A stretch of DNA of 64,000 bases from Octopus vulgaris. Lineage: Eukaryota. The position numbers were made by a program, and so were the translations under genes. The notes beneath the pieces are model-generated. The model saw only the letters and a list, made by a program, of their open reading frames with translations. It was not told where the DNA came from and did no database searches. Where the stretch lies: positions 4,774,001 through 4,838,000 of the forward strand of contig OX597843.1 of assembly GCA_951406725.2 (NCBI GenBank), written 5' to 3'. This document shows, in pieces, positions 53,240 to 64,000 of this stretch; the first letter of the stretch is position 1, and every line of letters starts with the position of its first letter.

Positions 53240-55520
53240 ATATATATACATATATACATATATACATATACACATATATATAAATAAATATATATGTATA
53301 TATATATATATATATATAAGAATTTTTTGCGTAATAGGATAAAAAAAACCAAGGCTGAGTAGATATTAGAACATTTATATGTATATACTCATATACATAC
53401 ATACACACATATATATACACATACATGCACATACACACACATACGCATACACACACACATATATATACACATACATATGTACACATGCACATGCATACAT
53501 ACACATATATATATATACGCACACTTAAATACACACACACATACATACATATGTACACACACACGCATACATACGTATATTCACATACATATATACATGC
53601 ATACATACATACATATATATATACATGCACATACACATACATACATACATGCACATACACATACATATACATACATGCATACATACATACATTCATACAT
53701 CCATTATATACATACATGCCTACATACATGCATAACCATACATAAACACATACATACATGCACACATATGCATATATATATATATATGTATATATACGCA
53801 CACATACCCCCCCCCCCCCGTCGTATTCATCCATTCAAGAGAGATAACTCCTGCTACGCTACACTCTCTAAACTCGGAGTACATTTATTATTAAAACCCC
53901 CAGAAACACCTTCAAATGGAATAAGAAAATAGTTGGGGGATGGAGGGGGAGGGGGATAAAGCGAGTGGCGCGAAGGGGGGGGTAGGGAGAGGATGGTGTA
54001 CCCGGGTGGATTAGGGGGAAGTATGTCTGTACGTGTTTGTGTGTGTGAGTGTGTGCATGTATGTGTATGTATGATAGTGAGAGTGTGTGTGTGGTACAGA
54101 ATTCACTGAATAGAATAAGGGGGTGTGTGTGTTGTGCAGGATGGCCTGGGTATGTTTACCCTGGGTAGAATAGGGGTGTATCTGTGTGTGTGTGTGAAAG
54201 TGTGCAGCTTGTGTGTGGTAACGTATGTGCGTGTGTGTGTGATGGAATGTGTATGTGTGTGTATGTGTGATGGTGTGTGTGTGTGTGATGGTATGTGTTT
54301 GTATGTGTGATGGTATGTGTTTGTATGTTTGATGGTATGTGTGATGGTGTGTGTGTGTGTGATGGTATGTGTGTGTGATGGTGTGTGTGTGTGTGATGGT
54401 ATGTGTTTGTATGTTTGATGGTATGTGTGATGTGTGTGTGTGTGTGTGTGTGTGTGATGGTATGTGTTTGTATGTTTGATGGTATGTGTGATGGTGTGTG
54501 TGTGTGTGATGGTATGTGTGTGTGTGATGATATGTGTATGTATGTGTGATGTTATGTGTGTGTGTGATGATATGTGTATGTATGTGTGTGTGCGTATAGT
54601 GAGAGTGTGTGTGTGTTGTACAGGATGGCCTGGGTTGTTTTACCCTGGGTAGAATAGGGGTGTATCAGAGTGTGTGAAAGTGTGTAGTAACGTATGTGCG
54701 TGTGTGATGGTATGTGTATGTGTGATGGTATGTGTGTGTGTGTGAGTGTGTTGTATGTATGTGTGTATGCATGCATGTGTGTGTTTGTATGCATTATGGT
54801 GTAAGCGTATGGGTTGTGTGATGTGTGTATGAATGTCTGTATGTGTATGTGGTGTGTGTGTGTGTTTATTGTTGCATGTAACATATTTTACAGATTTCAT
54901 CGATTTACAAAATGTCAATAAATATGTACACATACTCTTTTACTCTTTTATATGCTCCAGTCGTTTTGACTGTGGCTATGCTGGAGCACCGCCTTTAGCC
55001 CATCGAGTAAATCGACCCCGGGACTTATTCTTTGTAAGCCTAGTACTTATTCTATCGATCACTTTTGCCGAACCGCTAGGTGTGGTTGGTAAGTAAGCTA
55101 CTTACCACACAGCCACTCCTGCATATATATAAAAAGCACCCACTGCACTCTCGGAGTGGTTGGCATTAGGAAGGGCAATCCAGCTGTAGAAACACTGCCA
55201 GATCAAGACTGGAGCCTGGTGCAGCCATCTGGCTCGCCAGTCCTCAGTCAAAATCGTCCAACCCATGCCAGCATGGAAAGCGGACGTTAAACAATGAGGA
55301 TAAGATACACACACACACACACACATGCTCGAACATTTCTTTATTAATATTTGACAGAAGCTACAGAGTGACTCCAGGGCCAAGAGTTTTGTGTGTTGGT
55401 CCTTAACAAAACCACACAAGGCCCTCGGTCCTTGAATCATGTTGTGACTTCTGTCAAATATTAATAAAAGATGTGTGTGTGTGCGTGTATATGTTTCTAT
55501 CTCTATATATATATATATAT

Positions 55521-55726
55521 AGTTAATCCAAACAAGAAAACACAAAAAAACACAACAACGCGAGGACTTGGAACAAATATAGTATTATTGGACGCTGAGG
55601 AAAGAAGGGAAGAAGGAGGGTTTAACGTTTCGAGCGGAGCTCTTCGTCGGAAACATAGGAGAAGGAAAGATCCAGAGAAGGGAAGACAGAGATAAAAAAT
55701 CGCCAACGGTACACACGAGGTCACAT
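55521..55726 (-). mobile_element. Penelope-like terminal repeat remnant in (TA)n
   Basis: Reverse-complement match to 58286-58492; degenerate hammerhead-like core CCGACGA...GAAACGTTA. Confidence 0.65.
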
Positions 55727-56464
55727 ATATATATATATATAGCGCCAGCCCACAGTCAAAATCGTCCAACCCATGCTAGCATGGAAAGCAGACGTTAAAC
55801 GATGATGATGATGATGATGATGAGTGGCTGTGTGGTAAGTAGCTTGCTTACCAACCACATGGTTCCGGGTTCAGTCCCACTGCGTGGCACCTTGGGCAAG
55901 TGTCTTCTACTATAGCCTTGGGCCGACCAATGCCTTGTGAGTGGATTTGGTAGACGGAAACTGAAAGAAGCCCGTCATATATATGTATATATATATATAT
56001 ACGTGTGCGTGTTTGTCCCCCTAGCATTGCTTGACAACCGATGCTGGTGTGTTTATGTCCCCGTCACCTAGCGGTTCGGCAAAAGAGACTGATAGAATAA
56101 GTACTGGGCTTACAAAGAATAAGTGCCGGGGTCGAGTTGCTCGACTAAAGACGGTGCTCCAAGCATGGCCGCAGTCAAATGACTGAAACAAGTAAAAGAG
56201 CATATATATATCATCATCATTATATATACGTATATAGACATATACATACATATAAGTATATATAAATGTCTGTATATATATATATATATGTGTGCATATA
56301 TATATATATATGAATATGGATAAATATATATACACATGTACATACATATATAGCCATATATAAAATATGAGTGTGTGGGCAGGGGGTGGGGGTCATATAC
56401 TCTGTTATCATTGTCTCCTAATCTACGCATTACAGATTGTGATGAAGATGATGCAGGCACTTGT

Positions 56465-57675
<1,211 letters not shown>

Positions 57676-58022
57676 TTTTTTTTAATAAAAATTTTTTTGT
57701 TTATTTATTATCCAGTTTTTTTTTGTTCTTTTCTCCCTTTTCCTTGTATATGAGTGTGTGTGTTTGTCTCATTGTCTAAAGTTCTCGTTAATAGATGCTA
57801 ATTATAGATATTTAATTAATCTATTCTCTAGGAGACAGCCCCACCCCTTTCTCCTTCTGATCCTTCTCCCTCGACACCCACCTCCTCAATATTGCATGTA
57901 CACACACACACACACACACACCTGTATATATATATATATATTACATTTTATAAAGGGCTTAGTAAAATAAATTACTTTGCCACATACTACACATGCATAT
58001 ATATAAAAATATATACACACAC

Positions 58023-58056
<34 letters not shown>

Positions 58057-58285
58057 TAAATACACACACATATGTAAAAATATACACACACACCTATATA
58101 TATACATACACACTATATACACACATGCACATAAAAATATATATACATACACTTTATATTTACATACTATATAAACACACATATACTTACCTGCATATAT
58201 ATATTCACATATACACATATGCACACACACACACATATATATACACATATATACATACATATATATATATATATATATATTCAAA

Positions 58286-58489
58286 ATGTGACCTCGTGTG
58301 TACCGTTGGCGATTTTTTTCCCTCTGTCTTCCCTTCTCTGGATCTTTCCTTCTCCTATGTTTCCAACGAAGAGCTCCGCTCGAAACGTTAAACCCTCCTT
58401 CTTTCCTTCTTTCCTCAGCTTCCAATAATACTATATTTGTTCCACGTCCTCGCGTTGTTGTGTTTTTTTGTGCTTTCTTGTTTGGATTA

Positions 58490-58492
<3 letters not shown>
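58286..58492 (+). mobile_element. Penelope-like terminal repeat remnant in (TA)n
   Basis: Inverted copy of 55521-55726. Confidence 0.65.
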
Positions 58493-58584
<92 letters not shown>

Positions 58585-58761
58585 ATATATTTATACTACA
58601 CTCTCGGAGTGGTTAGCGTTAGGAAGGGCATCCAGCTGTAGAAACTCTGCCAGATCAAGATTGGAGCCTGGTGCAGCCATCTGGTTTGCCAGTCCTCAGT
58701 CATAATCGTCCAACCCATGCTAGCATGGAAAGCAGACGTTAAACGATGATGATGATGATGA

Positions 58762-58833
<72 letters not shown>

Positions 58834-59961
58834 TCATATATACGACAGACTTCTTTCAGTTTCAGCTGTGTAGTGCTGGTGGTGGTGGTGGTGGAGGTGG
58901 AGGTGGTGGTGGTGGTGGTGGTGGTGGTGGTGGTGGTGGTGGTGGTGGTGGAGGTGGTGGAGGTGGTGGTGGTGGTGGTGATGATGGTGGTGTGGTAGTT
59001 GTGTTGGTGGTGGTGGTGGTTGTAGTGGAGGCTCGTGGTGATGCTTGTAGTGGAGGTGGTGGTTGTAGTAGTTGTGGTGATGGTTGTTGTTGTTGTGGTG
59101 GTGGTGGTGGTACAGCCCCAGTGCTCCCATGACATTGAAGACAATTAGAACAAGCAAACTAATTAGTGTGTGTAGCATGTCATGTGACCAGAATTAATTG
59201 AAGAGTCAATGCCTGGGGACACGGGTTCGATATCACACAGAGTTCGGCTGTGTATTTGTGTGTGTGTGTGTGTGCGTATGACTATGTCTGTGTATGAGTG
59301 TGTGTCTGTGTATTTGTGTATATGTGGATGTATGTGCATATGTGTTTGTATGTGTGTGTTTGTGCATGCTTCCATGTACGTATGTGTATGTATATGTGTT
59401 TTTGTGTGTGAATGTGTACATGTGTGAGAGTGTGTGTGTGTATGTGTGCATGTGTGTTTGTGTAAGAGTGTACATGTGTGTGGGTATGTGTGTGTGTATG
59501 TGTGCATGTGTGTGGGAGTGTGTGTGTGTGTATGTGTAAGAGTGTGCATGTGTGTGGGAATGTGTGTGTGTGTATGTGTGATAGCTTGTAAGTGTGTGTA
59601 TCCACCTCTGCATGTATGTGTGTGAGTATGTGTGTGCACATGTCTGTATGTGTGTGTTTACCTGTGTGTGTGTATGTGAGTATTTGTGTGTGCATATGTG
59701 TGTGTGTTTGTTTGAAAGTGCATCTGTGTGACTGTGCATAAATGTATGCGTACACACACACACACACACACACAATAACATATACAAACTTAAACAGGCG
59801 CAGGAGTGGCTGTGTGGTAAGTAGCTTGCTAACCAACCACATGGTTCCGGGTTCAGTCCCACTGCGTGGCATCTTGGGCAAGTGTCTTCTGCTATAGCCC
59901 CGGGCCAACCAATGCCTTGTGAGTGGATTTGGTAGACGGAAACTGAAAGAAGCCCGTCGTA

Positions 59962-60003
<42 letters not shown>

Positions 60004-60252
60004 TGTATGTTTGTGTGTCTGTGTTTGTCCCCCTAGCATTGCCTGACAACCGATGCTGGTGTGTTCATGTCCCCGTCACTTAGCGGTTCGGCAAAAGAGA
60101 CCGATAGAATAAGTACTGGGCTTACAAAAGAATAAGTCCTGGGGTCGATTTGCTCGACTAAAGGCGGTGCTCCAGCATGGCCGCAGTCAAATGACTGAAA
60201 CAAGTAAAAGAGAGAGAGAATGCGTGTGTGTTTCTGCACCTTTATATATAAA

Positions 60253-60492
60253 TACAACCAGTTGCTGAAAATGAAAATTTTCTGGCTTTAAGGGTCTTGC
60301 GAAACGCGTGGTCGGAGGCCCAACCCTCTGAATTCTTTTACAGGGCTTAGAAAAATTGAAGGACCACTGCAATAAGTGTGAATACAGGTGTAAATCTAAG
60401 AGGGGGGGAAATATATTGAATAAAATCATAATTAACTGATCCTCCTCTATTTTCTTTTCCCCACAGCCAGAAACTTTTCAGTAACACCTTAT
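60253..60492 (+). mobile_element. Mariner-derived MITE remnant
   Basis: Decayed transposase C-terminus (..QGLEKLKDHCNKC..G.YIE*) and inverted ends gaaaattttctggct / agccagaaacttttca; a similar terminus-like fragment at ~22691-22720. Confidence 0.65.
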
Positions 60493-60499
60493 ATATTAT

Positions 60500-60884
60500 G
60501 GAAGCACTCCATCGGTTACGACGACGAGGGTTTCGGTTGATCCGAATCAACGGAACAGCCTGCTCGTGAAATTAACGTGTAAGTGGCTGAGCACTCCACA
60601 GACACGTGTACCCTTAACGTAGTTCTCAGGGATATTCAGCGTGGCACAGAGAGTGACAAGGCCGGCCCTTTGAAATACGGGTACAACAGAAACAGGAAGT
60701 AAGAGTGAGAGAAAGTTGTGGTGAAAGAGTACAGCAGGGATCACCACCATCCCCTGCCGGAGCCTCGTGGAGCTTTTTTAGGTGTTTTCGCTCAATAAAC
60801 ACTCACAACGCCCGGTCTGGGAATCGAAACCGCGATCCTATGACCGCGAGTCCGCTGCCCTAACCACTGGGCCATTGCGCCTCC
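60500..60884 (-). mobile_element. Young-looking, CpG-rich tRNA-derived SINE
   Basis: Minus head ggcgcaatggcccagtggttagggcagcggactcgcggtcataggatcgcggtttcgattcccagacc. Confidence 0.8.
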
Positions 60885-61005
60885 ATTTATATATTATATA
60901 TATATATATGTGTGTGTGTATACATATATATATATTGCAAATAAGAAAATGTAGAAGCACATTAGTTGGCTCATCAACTTTACAAGATTAAAATGTTGAC
61001 TTATT

Positions 61006-61213
<208 letters not shown>

Positions 61214-61303
61214 CAAATATCAAATATATATGGATTGGATTTTACATACCCACAACAGGTGATTACACTTATCAAGTATTCTTCACTCTAAATTTACAGT
61301 ACC

Positions 61304-61356
<53 letters not shown>

Positions 61357-61361
<5 letters not shown>

Positions 61362-61800
61362 GTTATCGCCATACTAATATGGCATTCTTATAAAAATAAG
61401 AAAAAAGCTGTCCGCTTATTAGCTCCATGAGGCCATCGCCTTAAGTTAGCTATTTGATACACAAACTGTATCCATATAACCTTCGAACAATAAATAAAAC
61501 CATCGAACAGAGATTGTCGGAAGCGACACCTACTGGTTTGGCTACGCTGCATTGAAAAGGGGCAATACCCCGAAACGCGTCTGTAGCTGCCGGTCAAGTA
61601 GTGTGGAGCGACTGACCTCCCTTGTTCGAAGGTTATATGGATACAGTTTGTGTATCAAATAGCTAACTTAAGGCGATGGCCTCATGGAGCTAATAAGCGG
61701 ACAGCTTTTTTTTTCTTATTTTTATAAGAATGTGTAATATTTCGAACGCTCCGTGTCTTTTAGAAACTTTAGTTATATTTTAGTATGGCGATAACTATTA
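61357..61800. mobile_element. Penelope-like fold-back element with near-perfect ~108-bp arms
   Basis: 61383-61490 is the reverse complement of 61622-61732 (only an A-run length differs); 61357-61377 pairs with 61780-61800; (TA)n on both sides. Confidence 0.85.
61546..61587 (+). ncRNA. Minimal hammerhead ribozyme, U3-A8 variant
   Basis: gctgca-TTGAAAA-gggg(caata)cccc-GAAA-cgcg-TC-tgtagc: stem I 6 bp, stem II 4 bp, palindromic ACGCGT stem III. Confidence 0.65.
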
Positions 61801-62122
61801 TTTTCCGGGAACGCTGCCGCTCTTTTCCGGGAACGCTGCCGCTGTTCTCTTTTAGAGAGACTTAGTTATTTTAATATTTCTATTATATATATATATATAT
61901 ATATATTCTTTTATTCTTATACTTGTTTCAGTCATTTGACTGTAGCCATGCTGGAGCACTGTCTTTAGTCGAGCAAATCGACCCTGGGACTTATTCTTTG
62001 TATACTTATTCTATTGGTCTCTTTTGCCGAACCGCTAGGTTATGGGGATGTAAACACACCGCCATCGGTTGTCAAGCGATGTTGGAGGAGGACAAACAGG
62101 ACAAACACTGACACACAAATAT

Positions 62123-62159
<37 letters not shown>

Positions 62160-64000
62160 CATATATACGATGGGCTTCTTTCTGTTTCCGTCTACCAAAT
62201 CCACTCACAAGGCTTTGGTCTGCCCGAGGCTATAGTAGAAGAAATTTGCCCAAGGTGCCATGCAGTGGGACTGAACCCGGAACCATGTGGTTGGTAAACA
62301 AGCTACTTACCATACAGCCACTCCTACGCCTATTATCATCATCGTTTAACGTCCGTTCTCCATGCTAGCATGGGTTGTACGGTTCGACCAGGGATCTGGG
62401 AAGCCAGAAGGCTGCACCAGATTCCAGTCTTATCTGGCAATGTTTCTACAGCTGGATGTCCTTCCTAACGCCAACCACTCCGTGAGTGTAGTGGGTGCTT
62501 TTTACGTGCCACCTGCACTGGTGCCAGGCGAGGCTGGCATCGGCCACGGTCGGATTGGTGTATTTTATGTGCCACCTGCACGGAAGCCAGTCGAGGCGGC
62601 GCTGGCATCGGCCACGATTCGGATAGTGCTTTTTACGTATCTCCAGTCCAGGGGTCCTGGCATCTGCTGGGTGCCAGTCATAGGATTGGTTCAATTTCGA
62701 TTCCGATTTCGATTTATATATATGCAAATGCACTGGTGCTGGTGGCACAACACCAGCACATTTGCATGACACAAGAACCAGTGCTAACAGGGTCATCAAG
62801 AACCATGCAACTGGGATGGGGCAGTGACATTGAAGAGATGCGGTTTTGTGCCAGTTGAGAGATTAAGGTCCGGAGGAGAGACAGATATATACACACGTAT
62901 TTATATATACCTTGATATGTAGCTCTGTATATACATAGATGTATATGTGTACCTGTCTATGAGCATGTGTGTGTGTGTGGTATATGTAAAGCAGTGAGTG
63001 TGTGTATATGTACATCAGTGCATGCATATGTAACAGTGTATGTATGTATAATAAAGTGTGTAATGACCGTTGTATATATACGTATGTATTTAAGGGTATG
63101 TGGTGCGTGTATTTGTGTAAAACCATGATTGTATGTATGTATAACTGTATGTGTACTAGTGTAAGTATGTATAACTGTGTGTGTATGTGTGTGTGTGAGT
63201 GTGTATATATATATATATATATACTTATATTATATACATACACAAAAACACACTAATGTATAGTGTATATATGAATGAATTTTGTGTATGTGCATATATG
63301 TATTGCCACATGTGTGTATATCTGCATATGGCACACACACATACACATATATATATAGCCTTGTGTGTGTATATGTTGTGTATTGTGTGTATATTGTGTG
63401 TTGTGTATATACGTGCATGTGTGTGTGTGTGTGCTTTATATTATACGTAAGCATTAATGTTATCTCGTCATTTCTGCACAAATCTGCTGACATGGTTGTA
63501 TTTCAAAAGCATTTCCTTAAGTAAAGATTTCCATTATGAGTATCACATCATTATATCCTATTGTGTGAGCAATTCTCCTGCTTTTAGTGATTTCTAAATG
63601 TAATTTGGTGCAAGAAGGGCTTCATGTTCCGGTGTGTGTATGTCTGTTGTGCTAAACATGTTTTGAGAGTACTGAACGTTCGACCTATAGTTTTTTGTTG
63701 TGGTGGAGTGGAGTTTATATCTTTTTCCTCTAGGCTCATTGTAATGTGAATCTATATGTTGAAGAGGCAGCGGGGGAGGTTCTCATACGTCGATGTCTAT
63801 GTGACTGTGGCCATGCTGGAGCATTGCCTTTAGTCGTGCAAATCAACCCCAGGACTTATTCTTTGTTGGCATTAGGAAGGGCATCCCGCTGTAGAAACAC
63901 TGCCAGATCAGACTGGAGTCTGGTGCAGCCTCCATGGCTTCCCAGACCCTGGTCGAACCGTCCAACCCATGCTAGCATGGAAAATGGACAGTCAAAGGCG

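Noticed and set aside
54070-54705. Local duplications within TG/CA-rich DNA (also 34040-34670, 57360-57670, 15873-16115)
   Set aside because: Real but ordinary slippage-type duplications with no further structure.
60810-60884. tRNA-like sequences (also SINE heads at ~23720-23790 and ~16310-16378)
   Set aside because: They continue into SINE bodies and lack a complete acceptor stem; not tRNA genes.
63480-63800. Non-repetitive stretch, possibly a decayed retroelement ORF
   Set aside because: Stops in the minus-strand frames I checked and no motif I can name with confidence.

Overview
Eukaryotic, very repeat-rich genomic DNA. The SINE families and huge (TA)n/(CA)n/(GATA)n/(GTA/GTG)n tracts suggest an octopus-like cephalopod (inference). 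One protein-coding gene is well supported: the 5' part of an AKAP1/spoonbill orthologue on the minus strand, with a 2.6-kb exon encoding a mitochondrial signal-anchor plus an acidic disordered region (12124-14761) and a KH-domain exon (304-496). The gene continues off the left edge. The rest is tRNA-derived SINEs, two RTE-type LINE 3' ends, mariner/hAT/Tc-like MITEs, Penelope-like fold-back remnants, SINE-derived minisatellites and one 100-N gap. Most ORF-track entries are microsatellite or SINE artefacts. Most notable: (1) three 120-190 bp pieces of one ~1.5-kb region (39.0-40.4 kb) also occur, in the same order and orientation, inside the AKAP1 locus 21-25 kb away. One sits in the coding exon as a 123-nt, stop-free, GT...AG, GTA-flanked segment resembling a newly born intron/exitron. 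A fourth local copy with a hairpin filler sits at 25.4 kb. (2) Two complete-looking minimal hammerhead ribozymes lie in fold-back elements, one with a U3-A8 compensatory core. Assembly artefact cannot be excluded for (1) from sequence alone.
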